This document shows positions 49,158 through 62,183 of a stretch of DNA of 64,000 nt, piece after piece; positions within the stretch are counted from its first letter, which is position 1; the number at the start of each line of letters is the position of its first letter. The notes under the pieces were generated by a model, which did not search any database, was not told the DNA's origin, and saw only the letters and a list, made by a program, of their open reading frames with translations. A program made the translations under genes and the position numbers. The stretch is from Schmidtea polychroa (taxonomy: Eukaryota): positions 22,074,001 to 22,138,000 of the forward strand of contig CM097885.1 in NCBI GenBank assembly GCA_044892525.1, given 5' to 3'.

Positions 49158-50999
49158 TGTTGGTGCTGTACACAATGGTTGAAAATCAATGAGCAGGTGA
49201 GCTCTATTGCTAAAACTACTCCTCGTGATATTTTTATTTTCGGGTTCTGGACTGCCAATAGAAGGTCTTACGTTATCTATTCTATTGTTAGATTATTGTC
49301 ATGTATTCATTTCATTGTGGTCCTCATTACTAGATGTTTTCTAATGTTATCTTACAAAATTTTACGCTGGGATCCGCTCTTATTTCCCAGTTAATAAATA
49401 TCATTTTATTATTCTATGCAATACCTGCAAATATTCAACCTATCTTTCAAATATTTAAGCAGGGATCTGACTATATTTCCAATGCTGGCCTATTTGACAC
49501 TCTAACCACTCGTAAGATCTATAATATTGCCCAAACTGAACCTTATCTACTTCTAACTCTATCACTACTCCTAGCTCAATAATATTCATAAAAATAACAG
49601 TGACGGACCCGTCTTAATCTACCTCTATTTAAACCAATGCTCCAAATCATCTCATTCTCTCGCAATAACCTCAAATTCACCATTCTTCCTTAAACCCAAT
49701 GTGCCAAACTGTCGAAACATCCGCTGTCGCGTATGCACGAGTGCCAACAGTTCACAAACATTCGTTCAATCTGGTCCCATAAAAAAATTTAAAATATAAA
49801 AAATCATAAAAATCAAATCAAATAACATTCATGTAAACTTTTTATATTACTCAAATTTTAAAAATGAAATACACAATAAAAAAGAACAAAACAACAAATT
49901 AACTAAACATAATTGAATTTAAAGTTTTATTAAATCATAACATTACAAAATTATACCTTACATAAAATTACACTTTACATTAAATTTCTAAAATCCAATT
50001 CAATTCACCAAGATGGCATAAAACGAGAAACTGAGAGCTGCATAAACAAGAACCAAATTTGTTTAATCAAAATAACACGTTGACAAGTTAAAAACCAGTT
50101 CTTGAACTGAATTTTTAATAAGTATTTAAACTGATTTTGATTGTACATCCATGTATTCTCTGCCACTAGATCCAATCAGAATACAGTAAAATTTGAATTA
50201 CTTTTGTACACATGCATGAGTGTGTAATTATTTATTTTTAATTTAATTGATTTAATTAATTAATTAATTTCAACAATTTAATTTTGTATATTTTATAATT
50301 TAAATAATTTTTGCTAATTTTATTTTAATTTTCCTTAATCTTAACCATTTAATTCTATAAACTTTATAATTTACATAATGTTAACTAATTTAATTTTAAT
50401 TTTTATTATTTTAACGATTTAATTTTATAAATTTTATAATTTTCATAATTTCCACTAATTTTATTTTTTAATTTTTATTATTTTATCAGTTCTACTGGAA
50501 TTTCTTTAGTTTCAATTTGTAAATGTATTTATTTCTTTATTTTATTTTCTTTAATTGTTATATAAATTTTTCCTGTTCCTTTTCTCTAAGTATGCACTCA
50601 TTGTCATCGCTCCTTCGTATGTAAATGCGAGCTATAACATCCCTAATTAATTCGATTATGGTCTTTCGTATGTAAATATGACCAATAATCCTTCTTAAAA
50701 TTTCTTTTTATATTATTAATTAATTTACATCAATTATTATTTTATTTATTATTCTTTTATTTTTCTAGTGGGCAGATTTCCAGCATGCGTTATTTTTCTC
50801 TTAACTGTGTTGGGGATTGCAACTTCTTGCGTTCCCTCACACCATCACACGTGCTCCACTCATCCTCGATGTGTTATGTACCTCATTATGTACCTTATTT
50901 GGTGTATGATCATGGATTTAAATTAAACTTGGTGCGGTTTTTATGTTATGTATTTCCGATTAATAAAACAAACTCTCAATTCTCGGTTCTAGCCCAACA
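49158..50999. mobile_element. LTR-like sequence (composite) related to 57029-58749
   Basis: TGTTGG...CCCAACA; shares GAGCAGGTGAGCTCTATTGCTAAAACTACTCC, TGGCATAAAA...AACTGAGAGCT and TAAAACAAACTCTCA...AGCCCAACA with the solo LTR; no TSD. Confidence 0.65.
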
Positions 51000-53955
51000 T
51001 CAAGAAGAAAATAATTTAGGAAATCTGACTTATTCGTATGAAGACCTTGAGAATGATATCACGTCGGAATCTAAAGTAAATGAAATAGGATCGATTACAG
51101 GTCATAAGGAAAATGACGAAGACCGTCCTTTAAATAAGATACTCTCCATGGAAAACATTTCGTCTGTTGAGTTGTTGAATTAAATGTGAAGAACACAGAA
51201 AACCGAAATGTTATGATGTTCAAGAAGACGGATGGAAGGTGGTGGAGTTTTGTTCAATACTGTGTAATAGTGATTGAGATGTTGTGGGATACGGGTGCGT
51301 CAGTTACGGTAATGTCAGAGGCCATGTGGAGAAAGTGTGGCAGTCCAGTTTTAAAACCGTTAGATATGGCGCTAAGAGGGGCGTTTGGAAATAAGCCGAT
51401 ATATTGCTTGTGTTAATCTGAACAGAGAAAATTGGGAACTGAATGGAGGAGGGAAAACCCACAAAGGAAAATAAATATAAATGAGCTGTACCGAATCTTA
51501 GAGTTTATGAAGTAGTTACAAATTATGGATGATTCCAGATTTATGAGATATGAAGAAGTGACATGCATTCTAAGATCAGAATTTTCATGATAAAAGATCG
51601 AGAAATCACCTTTAGTATGGTTGATAAAGGAAACCACATTTATGATGTCATACTCGGATTTCAAAGGGCATGGTCGCTGGGTAAATTCATTTATTTTTGT
51701 ATTATTAAAATTATTCATGCAAGAACGATTTGAACATTTTTAATTTTACACAATTATTTTATTACATTATCATATATTTGGGTAGCTCTGTCTATCATGA
51801 CGGTCTAGACGCGGTGGGTAGCAATACCGGTGGCGTCTAGGTGGTCGTGGTAAGTGAAAAAACCTCTACCATACCATTGACTGAGCAAATTGAAATTGTC
51901 AAAAATCGAGTGTTCCATCGAGTATTGAGAGAAAAGAGTTTCATGAAAAGTCAACACCTAAGAGAGATTATAGCTCGCGTAGTAATTCCAACTTCTTTTG
52001 TTAATTTAACTCTATGGGGAGAGATAAGAAATATCCATCGAGAAAATGTCATCGAAACGACCAATTAGATTTGATTCACTCATACTTGATTTTGAGGACT
52101 TTTCTTATAAAGATTCGTTAGTCCAACTATCCACTATAACTCAGGATTGAGACAAAATCCATGTTAACAGCTTTTTCTTCTAAAAATTCCAAAAATAGGC
52201 TTTGGATATTCCGCGTAAAAACAGCGAATTCAATTCAATCCGAAGCCTTGCACAAGCATCTGATTCATTCAGAGGCGGAAATTCAAAGATGGGTGTGGGT
52301 ATTCCCGATAAAGGACGGAACAAACGTGTTTCCGTTACATCGCCTGGAAAACGAATCACCTTCATCAACAACCAGCTGCGTTGGGCACGGTTATCATTTC
52401 CCACCTCTGGCCGAACCCGTTCTCTCCGGATCATCTGAACCCTCTCGAGCATCTACGGGAAATGCAGCGATCCCTGCTACAACGATATTACTTTGTTATG
52501 ATAAATGTCTCACTCCAGCTGCCAAGAAAAGAAAGCACCCGTCAAGGGCAGAAAAGAATCAAAAGCGACGGGATACCATTGCAGCTCTAGAAACATCTCT
52601 GTTCGCTGCGAAATCGTCCCGAATGCCAGTTCCAAAGATCGATGAACCAGTTCCAAAAGAGGACTTCCGGATGATTTCGACTGAATTATTTCATATCCGA
52701 AATGATTCCGGGCTACAGGTGGATATCGACGCCCTGTTAGCTGAGTGTGAAATGTAATGACGGGATCGACGATTCGCGTCCCTGCAGGAAGTATACCAAT
52801 TGGCCTCGTCTATTGACTTTTGATTGATTTGTTAGTCGTGATTCTCGTATAGTTCTGTATCACTTAAATAAATGTTTTGGCAATGAGATTGTTGTGTTAG
52901 GATTTAGTTTATATGAGTTTTTTGTTTGAAGTTAGGAGAAATAGTATACCTGAGAAGGTTCAGTCTTGGGAAGACATACCTTGGACCAGGACGCCGTGTT
53001 TGTGTAAATTAATCGAGGTAAGACCTTCTACGGCACTTTAGAATCCGAACCGCGAATTCTACGGGGAGTAGTTCTACCATAGGAGCTCACCTGCTGATAG
53101 ATTCCGACCTGTGTATACACTACCAACGTGTCACATCACCACGGGTATACATAAGGGGATATAATTGCTAAGTCATGAAGGTTATTGGGGTCAGCCTATT
53201 TGTGTGTCCAAATAAATTTCCCTTTCCCTCGGATAACCAACACTTGGGTAATTGAATTTTGTTACAAAGTGAAGGTATTTGTGGTTAGGGATATAAGTCT
53301 AAGTTTAGCTGGTGGCATGAATTTGAATTTAGCCTTTAAAATAAAACTTGTGCCAGATACATCAATTGTATTAATAGATTCAGATACGGTTGGTGTCAGC
53401 TACAGTGATACCGAATGATGTCAAAAAGCGCTGGATGTGTTTGGACCAAAATCAGACCAAAATTGGTGGAGTTGGTAACCATGTATGGTACAATCTTCAT
53501 GGCACTATATTTTGATCTAAGTTGTACTAGTTTAGTTACGCTTACTATAAAAACGTCTGGAAATCCAATAGTTCAAAATCATAGGCGCATGGCAATGCCG
53601 ATGGAATCAAAAGTGGACAATATGATTATGAAATTATTAAAAATGGACATTATCAATAAATGCCAAAGCCCATGGAACTCACCTACAGTCGTGGTAGGTA
53701 AGTAAGACGTATCAATCATAATGTGTCAAGATTTTAAGAAGGTTAAAGAAGTTACTGAAAAATTCAGTTTTCCAATGGCAGATCCTCAAACAATATTTGA
53801 TTCTTTGTCCAGATCTTCAGTTTTTTCGTCTCTAGAATTGGGGTACGCATATTATTAGGTATATGTTGTTGAATCGTCTCAGTTAAAAACAGCATTTTCT
53901 ACAAAGAAAGGACAGTTTTGCTACAATAGAATGCCGCTTGGATTATCCACAGCTA
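51000..53955 (+). pseudogene. Gypsy gag-tail/PR/RT relic interrupted by a ~1.8 kb insert (~51400-53176)
   Basis: MLWDTGASVTVMS at ~51280; protease resumes near 53185; then SPWNSPTVVV, KTAFST and RMPLGL with stops. Confidence 0.8.
52161..52757 (+). CDS. Orphan 198 aa ORF inside the insert
   Basis: Elevated GC, ATG start, basic KKRKH...KRR segment; no recognised domain. Confidence 0.4.
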   Translation: MLTAFSSKNSKNRLWIFRVKTANSIQSEALHKHLIHSEAEIQRWVWVFPIKDGTNVFPLHRLENESPSSTTSCVGHGYHFPPLAEPVLSGSSEPSRASTGNAAIPATTILLCYDKCLTPAAKKRKHPSRAEKNQKRRDTIAALETSLFAAKSSRMPVPKIDEPVPKEDFRMISTELFHIRNDSGLQVDIDALLAECEM

Positions 53956-55335
53956 AATAAATTGAAATTTTCATAAAAAGCAGTTAATGACTTTTACATA
54001 AAGGTTCATGGTATTTTTTCAACTACTGATATAAAATACAGTAAACAAGCATTAAATAATAATTGATATTACTACTCAGACCATTTCGGGGTTTATTTTA
54101 TTGTATTTTATGATTTTATTAATTATTTCTTGTACTATTCAATTAACAACAGAAAAATTTCATCTATTGGCCATTTTTAATATAAGGTATGCAAACGATA
54201 TGAAAATTATAAAACAAAGGAAATGTTCCATTTATAATACATAGAAATCATATTATTAGTAGTAGCTGTCGTAGACTTTCGTATTGTATTTTGGTCTTGA
54301 CTGTGGTGGATCGTCACATTAGGTGAGTTGTTCTGTATTAGTAGTCAGTGGGTTGAAATGTGTGTAGTTATTATAACCATAACGTGGGGTCAGTTAGTAA
54401 CTAGTGTATTTGTCGACACGTACTATGAAGTAATGTGAACACATTTGGTCAATTATTATGTAACAAAGTACTCCTCTTTGTATCTGACGGCCTAGTTTCG
54501 TAGTTTTGAAGTTTTTTTGGTGTGGTAGTAGTCTACACTACCTGCGTTTAATGTGGTTTTCTCTTGGGTGCTCACTCTCTCGATCCGAGCACCCGATCAT
54601 CCATTGTAAATCGAGTTCAAGTAGGTGCTGTTAATACACCACTACATTTTATTAATGACAAAAAATAATGACTTTATCAAAGGTCACATAAAATATAAAT
54701 TTTTAGGGTTTTTTTGTAACCTTTTCTTATCCCCTTTGGAATAAATCGTCCTATCTTTTTGTCACTTTATCTCCACCTCTTTCCACCCCCAGCATTTTCT
54801 GTTACATTTTGAATTTTTATTTTTCCTCTGAAATGTTGATTTTCATTGTCTCTTCACTCTTACTTTATTTTATTTAGTTCTTGTAATTTCCTAATTTACT
54901 TCCATTTTACCCAACAGAAGTTTCGATGTTATACTAACTGTACTCGCTTCGCAACCTTATGTTGAGCGACCTAAGCTCACATTGAATCCCCTTGTGACGT
55001 GTTTATTCTAAAGATTTTTTCCTCAATAAATGATTATGCATCTTTACGCCTTATTTGAATAACCCAAGTCAACTTTGTCGTATTTGTTAAGAAAAAATTT
55101 CACAATTAGTTCTATTATCCAAAGTTAATTTTCATTGGACTATATCTAAGTCCAATTAAATTACGTTATTAATGAATTGAAATTTCATCTTGATTACCAA
55201 AATTCCTAAATTAAAATGGCAAACAGTTTACAAATTATTCTCAAAGAATGGACTGACAAAAATAATATTTAATAAAAGATAAACTATATTATTTGAAACA
55301 TTTATTCTTCACTAAATGTCAAAATTAAATCTAAA

Positions 55336-55776
55336 CTAATCATTTTTTATTATCTTAATTTCGTTAACAAAAAGTTTCACTGAGCTTTCAGAAATCCTTG
55401 AATCAGGTCTCAATTTAGCAGTTACATGTATACAATCATCGAGTTTTAAGTCATCACAAATTGGGATTAAATTGGGATTAAAAACCAGAACACTAAACAA
55501 TTAATAAAATTTGAAGTATAAATAAACATGCCCAAATCGTTTAAAAACATTTTCCAATTTTGTTGATAAAGTCAATACATAGTAATCAGACCCACGTACT
55601 CCAGAACGCCTAGAACATTTTTTGAGAAAAACTAATTTCCCTGATAATTGAACCTTAAATAATGATTATGAATTGAAATTATTCTAAATTTACTATAAAA
55701 CTTGATTAAAGTAATTTAATTTTGGTTGATCAGAGTACAATCTTTTAATAAATAATAAAATTTTATTCGCCGTCAT
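55336..55776 (-). CDS. Three-exon gene, 117 aa SSB-like OB-fold paralog
   Basis: Exons 55776-55702, 55653-55532 and 55492-55336; introns 48 nt (GT-AG) and 39 nt (GC-AG). Product: MTANKILLFIKRLYSDQPKLNYFNQVQLSGKLVFLKKCSRRSGVRGSDYYVLTLSTKLENVFKRFGVLVFNPNLIPICDDLKLDDCIHVTAKLRPDSRISESSVKLFVNEIKIIKND. Confidence 0.75.
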
Positions 55777-56079
55777 TTTTTTAAATTTGCAATAATTAAA
55801 CAAATATTAACATTTTAAATTAAAACATAAAATCTAAAAACAATTATTTGTAAATAAGTTTTTAATTTCGAAGAAAATTTCAAGTATTATTTTTTCAACA
55901 GTTAAATTTTAAGAGAAAAAAATAATTTTAAACCACTAGAATTAGCATAGAAAAATACAAAATAATCTATGTATAGGTCTAATTTTTGTATAAAGATTCC
56001 CAGGTATTTATAAACAAATCACTTGAAAAAGGCTGTGCGAAAATTCGTGAATATCAAAAAACAAAAAGAACTTATTTAC

Positions 56080-56158
56080 AAAAGAGAGTTTGAAGACTAT
56101 AAATCAGTAATAAATCGATGTTTGTTGATACTGATTTATAGTCTTCAAACTCTCTTTT
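56080..56158. repeat. Perfect 30 bp inverted repeat with 19 nt loop
   Basis: AAAAGAGAGTTTGAAGACTATAAATCAGTA / TACTGATTTATAGTCTTCAAACTCTCTTTT. Confidence 0.9.
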
Positions 56159-56214
56159 CAATTCAATGGATAAAATAATCAGTGGTGAAATTGGAAGAAA
56201 TAAAAGTTCTTGTA

Positions 56215-56258
56215 ATAATATATATTTCGACCGTTTAACATTCTTCTTCAGGCTAAGA
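56215..56258 (-). ncRNA. Minimal hammerhead-ribozyme-like motif in Penelope pLTR
   Basis: Minus strand CTGAAGA-A-GAATGTT-A-AACGGTC-GAAA-TATA-TA; stem II imperfect here, and an inverted copy at 60345-60382 has an intact stem. Confidence 0.5.
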
Positions 56259-56275
56259 ATCGTATTAATTACAAC

Positions 56276-56673
56276 CAGTGCTCGAAGTGAGGCGGGATAG
56301 CCGGGATATTATCCCGGCATTGATTATGTAGGCGGAATTGCATCCCGGCACTTCATTTCATATAATCTATAAGTTTATCCCGGTACTTATTTCATTTTAT
56401 AGGCACACAAATACTGCAATTAAGGTCACACATAGTACATCCATATATGTATGTATATATATATTCTTTATTCTCTATTCTCTATTCAATTAAGAATTTC
56501 CCAAGCAGCAGTAATGGATAGGTAGGTATATTCTGAAACTTATGATTAAATGGGTGGACACCCCCCCAAAGTTTTGCAACACCCCCAACTGAAAATTTCT
56601 GCATAAAAGCCTGGAATCCCGGGTGCCACAGCATGCCTATCCCGGCACATATTTTGTTCCACTTCGAGCACTG
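56276..56673. mobile_element. hAT MITE
   Basis: TIR CAGTGCTCGAAGTG / CACTTCGAGCACTG, 8 bp TSD ATTACAAC. Confidence 0.92.
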
Positions 56674-56949
56674 ATTACAACTAAATGAAAATAATAATAT
56701 TCAAACAATTTAATAACCAATCATCGTAATTAAGCTGTACCAAAAAGATATTTTAATAAAATTTTGAAAGCATTTTTTAATTATATAAACATTATTTTAA
56801 AGTTAAAAATGCACAAAATTGTTAAGATTCTCGTACAAAAACCTTTTTTAATATTAATATAAAAAATAAATTTAAAAATTAAAAATTGTTTTTATACAAA
56901 AAATTTACAAACAACAACATCATCAAAATATTAAATATACAAGTTTAAT

Positions 56950-59430
56950 TATTTAAATACATTTAAAATCCCATTAGACTTGGCACTTTGAATATTAATT
57001 ATAGGATTTAAAGATCTAATTAACAAAGTGTTGGGTACTTAGGGGTGTGTCACTTTTAAATTTTTTAAATACATTAGGGGTAATCGTATATATTCACTCG
57101 ACTCTTTCCTGAGCACCTCCATGACTATTGTACCTTAACCATTTGTGTACCCATGGCGACGAACATGTTGGTAATGTACACAAAGGCGAAAAAACAATGA
57201 GCAGGTGAGCTCTATTGCTAAAACTACTCCCCATTGTATTTTCTATTCGGGTTCTAGACTGCCGATGGAAGGTCTTACGTCATCGATCATTTTCTATTTC
57301 TACTTATCTATCTCATGCGGCTATGGTCCTTATTTCTAGATGTTTTCTATTGTTCCCTTTCGAAATTTTGTGCGAGGATGCGCCCCTTATTTTTCTATTA
57401 ATAAAGGTCGCTAGGTAATTTTCTTGATATTTATGAATATTTAACCTATCTCGCAAAAAATTTGAGCAGGGATCGGCCCTTATTTTCAAGTTAATCCACA
57501 CTTGCCATAATATTTAAATTGTTCTTCAAAAATTTTGAGCAGGGATCTGCCTGTGTTTCTAATCCTGAGCTGTCGGAAAAATTACATAAATCTAACTTTA
57601 TCTATCTACAACTGGTCTCAACTATTCCATCTTTGCCCCTAACTCACTTATGTCTATAAAACATAAAGGTGACTAAGCCACCTACATTATCTAAATCTAA
57701 ACAAGACCCTAAACTACCTAGAATGACATTACCCTCCCCAATCATTCCTATCACTATCTATATCCTCTAACCCGATGGACTCAACCGGCGAAATATCTGC
57801 CGACCAACAGCACGTAGTGCCGCCCTTCCACAAACTTTTCCCCAGCCCAGACCATCGACACAATCAACAAATAATATAATTGAACTCAATAAAAACTATT
57901 ATTTAAAACTTGATACTAAATGAAGTTAAACCATTAAAAATGACAGCAAAAGAAGATTTAACTGAGACATTAATTGCATATAAAATTTATTAATTAAAAC
58001 ACTTCGTAAAAATTACAAAAACAATAACAAATAAATTACCACATCCACGTTGGCATAAAATCGAAACTGAGAGCTTTACTGTCTGCAAAGTAAGTGGCTA
58101 TGTTGAAACAAGTTCTTCAAATGAATTTGTGATCAGTATTTATACTGATTTTGAATGCGCATTCATGCATGCGCTGTCACTCTATCCAATCAGAGTGCGA
58201 GAAATTTTGAATTGATTTTGCACACATGCATGAATGTGTGTAATTATTTATTTAATTTTAATTTCATTAATTTAATTAATTAATTATTTAATTTTTTATT
58301 AATTTTAATAATTTAATTTTATAAATTTTATAATTTAAATAATTTGAGTTATTTTAATTTTTATTAATTTAAACACTTTTATTCTTTAAATTTAATAAGT
58401 TATATAATTCTAACCATTTAATTCTATAAAATTTACAATTTACATACTGTTAACTAATTTTATTATTTTGACGATTTAATTTTTATATCGTTTAAATAAT
58501 TTTCAAATAATTCTATTTTACATTTTATTATTTTCCTATCGGAATTTTTAAGTGTTGAATTTTTTTGTTAAATTTATTTATCTCTTTATTCTATTATACG
58601 GGGTTTATTGATTCTTAATGTGTGATGTAACTTATTTTATTTATTTTATATTAAATCTTGATCATAGATTATTTTCAAATTTGCGGTTTTTGTGTTAGGT
58701 ATTTTCGATCGATTAAAACAAACTCTCAGTTCTCGTTTTCAGCCCAACAAAAGCCTCGCATGTTACTCGTTCCCAGTAATTACTCAAACTCTTCGACAAG
58801 ATCTTAAAATCAGCAATACTTATTTTTTGCTGGTACACATCCTAAAATGATCACTAATGTGGGTCAATCCATTCCGTCAGCAATGCTCAAGAACTCGAGT
58901 GCATAGATGACGGGCAGTCTCTGCAATGTATATGGCATTATGCCCATTACATGAAAATTAATATACGAGTTCTGAACACAGACCAACTGAAGTTGGGGAC
59001 ATTTTAGTGAACAGGCTACCAACCATGCAAGACGTCGAAACAATCCTAAATATAGTCTTATCTACATGTTTCAGGATCTTATGCTTCAATTCTCTGAAAC
59101 CTTCAGAATAAGATAATACCAACACATATTTTTGATCAGCCTGCTTAAATCGAAATTTTTCACCTTCCGAACTTGACAACATATTAACTTCAACATCAAA
59201 AATAGGATCATTACTTTTAGATAAACTTGTGCAAGGATCATGAGTATTCAACATCCATTTATCAAACATCTCTTTTGTCATGCGTTCAAGAAAGAATTTA
59301 GAATATCCATTTTTAAGAAAAAACATAACCAGAGAATCAATACTTTCACTGAATTGATAAAAGTAGATGAAAAAGACGAGGCACGAAAAGCTAATCTTAT
59401 CACCATATTTGTATGAGAATGTTAACAATT
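56950..59430 (-). pseudogene. Penelope-like element, RT thumb/linker and GIY-YIG endonuclease, split by a solo LTR
   Basis: FLKNGYS...LVY*FSCNGHNAIYIAETARHLCTRVLEH; removing the LTR rejoins TCEALLIRSLNPIINIQ. Confidence 0.85.
57029..58749. mobile_element. Solo LTR (~1.7 kb)
   Basis: TGTTGGG...CCCAACA with 4 bp TSD AAAG; its removal restores the Penelope reading frame. Confidence 0.88.
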
Positions 59431-59462
59431 TTTATGTGTTTTTAAAATTAAAATAATTCTTA

Positions 59463-60215
59463 TGTTGGAGTTGGTAGGAAAACCAAAAATTTATATATAA
59501 AAGGAAGCCATAACTAATATTGGTAAAATCAATAAAAGTGTAAAATTAATTAAAACTAACTAAAAACCAAAAATCAATATTAAACGAGGCTAACGGGTAT
59601 TGTTGAACGCCACATTGATAAACAAGTTCAGAAAATATAATGAAAATTTAATTAGGGTGTCACGGTGAAAGTTAATTCGAGAAAAAAATTAATTAAAACG
59701 AATTAATCTGTAATGGAAAGCTCGAGCCCATGGGAAACCCAAGTGCTAAAGGAAACCCGAAGCACAGTGAGACTCGATCGACCAGATAAGAGAGGGAATA
59801 TTTCGACAGCCAATCTAGAACAAACAAATTAAAATAATTTGGTAACCCTCAAGTGTCTACCTAGGATTCCCGAGAGATTTTAATTGCAATTCTGTAGATA
59901 ATTACCCTCTCAGAAACAGTATAAAAAGAGAGCTCAGAAACAGACAGGTCAACAATTGATCGAATAAACAAAGAGAAACTCAGAGAATCAGAGATCTGTG
60001 ATCAGAGAACGAAATATCGTGATTGGAAAAAAGTTTAATCCTCGTACCAGCTTCTCGGGTTATCTACCTTAACGAGTAATATTTGTATTGAGCAAAAGGT
60101 GCAAATATAATGACAAATTGCAATTTGATTGAAATTGAATAAAGTTATTCTGTGTTGGGTTTCGATTAATTTGTTTAAATAATAAGACGAGGAGTCAAAG
60201 GGAAAAAACCCAACA
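59463..60215 (+). mobile_element. Solo LTR (753 bp)
   Basis: TGTTGG...CCAACA, near-TSD CTTA/TTTA, TATAAAA near 59920, AATAAA; the flanks rejoin as an inverted copy of 56220-56830. Confidence 0.8.
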
Positions 60216-60344
60216 TTTATATGATTAAAAAATGTTTTCAAAGTTTTATTAAAATATCTTTGTGAATCAGTTTAATTACGATTATTGGTTGTTAAATTGT
60301 TTGAATATTATTATTTTCATTTAATTGTGATTAATACGATTCTT

Positions 60345-60382
60345 CTTAGCGTGAAGAAGACTGTTAAACGGTCGAAATATAG
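60345..60382 (+). ncRNA. Hammerhead-like motif, second (inverted) pLTR copy
   Basis: GTGAAGA-A-GACTGTT-A-AACGGTC-GAAA-TATA; the first core base is C>G, so probably inactive. Confidence 0.4.
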
Positions 60383-60462
60383 AAATATTATATTTTAATA
60401 TACTTATTTGGGGATAATCTATTATAAAAACTGCCTTCGGTTTTTTGATTGTTTAAATATAT

Positions 60463-61474
60463 TGTTGGACTAGAAAGGTTTAAAAATTAAAAATCTTCTA
60501 AATAGGTCTTTATTTTTTTTGTTTTAAATGATAGAAAAACAAAGGTTAAGCGTCGATTGAGACACCGATATAGCCAAGAAAAAGCACCAAGTTTATTTAA
60601 AATAAATTAAAAACACCAAATAAACAGAAATAAAAAATGTAACACAAGGAAATAAAAGTAAAAACCTAATTAATAAAATCATAAAAATGCAATAAGTTAC
60701 ACACGTAACATACTTTAGAATCAATAAAAACAAAGAAAGTCAGCGCAAAAGAGACACAAAAATGCAGAAAACACCCGCGAGTCTATGCAAAAAGATGATG
60801 TATAGAAAGCGCTGTATGAACCAAGCAGAATCAAAGGAAAAGAACATGATTATAAAAAAATCACTAATTCAAAACAAAACATTATAAAAAGCCACTTAGA
60901 ATGCTTGTAATTTATAAATAAAATAACAGAATTTCGATCAAAAAACATACACCAAAACTTGATCCTGATTGGTCAAGCGAACAACAAATAATCTATATAA
61001 GGAGTCACCTCTGGTGGGTTACTGATGGTCAATTATTTTGCTCTTTAGTGCTGTTTCCAGCGTGACCCAGAATACAACGATGGTCCTGCCAATTGATACC
61101 AGTTGAGCGATCAACGTTGGTAGTGTATCAACTGGGTGAGTGCTCGCAAAAAGTAAGCGCACTAATTGCACTGTAATTGTCGGGCACTCTTTGGGTCCAC
61201 GGACTATCGTTAGAAGATATATGTCCGATTTACGCAGGTTCCTTACTATAATTACTTTCCCAAGTATGCCTATACAAACTTTCCATCCTCAAACGATCAT
61301 AAGTCATCAGGAAGTATACATTAATTTATTAAAACATGTTCATACAATACCACATCTAAGATGTTTGAGTATAAATTAGGTAAAACATATCCATAGTTAA
61401 TTATACTTACATTAAGAAATTCTTCAGAATAATGAATTTAATTAGAAAATAATTAAGAAAAAAACAACTCAACA
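60463..61474 (+). mobile_element. Probable 5' LTR of the downstream gag-pol element
   Basis: TGTTG...CAACA, ATTGG and TATATAA near 60970-61000; 61005-61300 is homologous to 48860-49157 inverted. No PBS identified. Confidence 0.45.
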
Positions 61475-62183
61475 AAACTGAAATAATAGAAATAATGAAG
61501 ATAACCGTATTCCGAAGTTATAGAAGTTAATTTATTACTGTATATATTGTTCTCGACTAATGTATAGTTTGAGGGGTACTTATGAAAAAATGTAAGTTAT
61601 ACTTTTATAAGTTTCAAATATACATATATAAGTTAGATTATGAATCTGAACATTTGTTTCGACGATTACGTAACTTGGTGGGTATTTATAAAATATTTAT
61701 AACTTATTAGGAGATTATAGATTATATTTTTATCGCTAACGTAGTTTATATTTTATACTTTTATGACCAAATTAAGATTATAATTTATACTCTTACAGCT
61801 AATATAATTTTATAATTTATACTTTTAAGTTTATAATTTATATTTTTTTTGAAGTTAAGTTAAATTTATAGTTTATATTTTAAAACTAATATAACTTTAT
61901 AATTTATATTTTTATGAAGTTAAATTTATAGTTTATATTTCTAAAGCTAATATAATTTTATAATTTATACTTTTAAGTTTATAATTTATATTTTTAGGAA
62001 GTTAAGTTAAATTTATAGTTTATATTTTAAAGCTAATATAATTTTATAATTTATAGTTAGATATATTGTTGTTTTAATAATTAGGAATTTGCGGTTTTTG
62101 TGAATTTATTAAAACTTGTTATTTATAAATTCTTTGATTAAATATATATTGTTAGTTTCAAGATTTTTGCTGCAAATTTAAAG

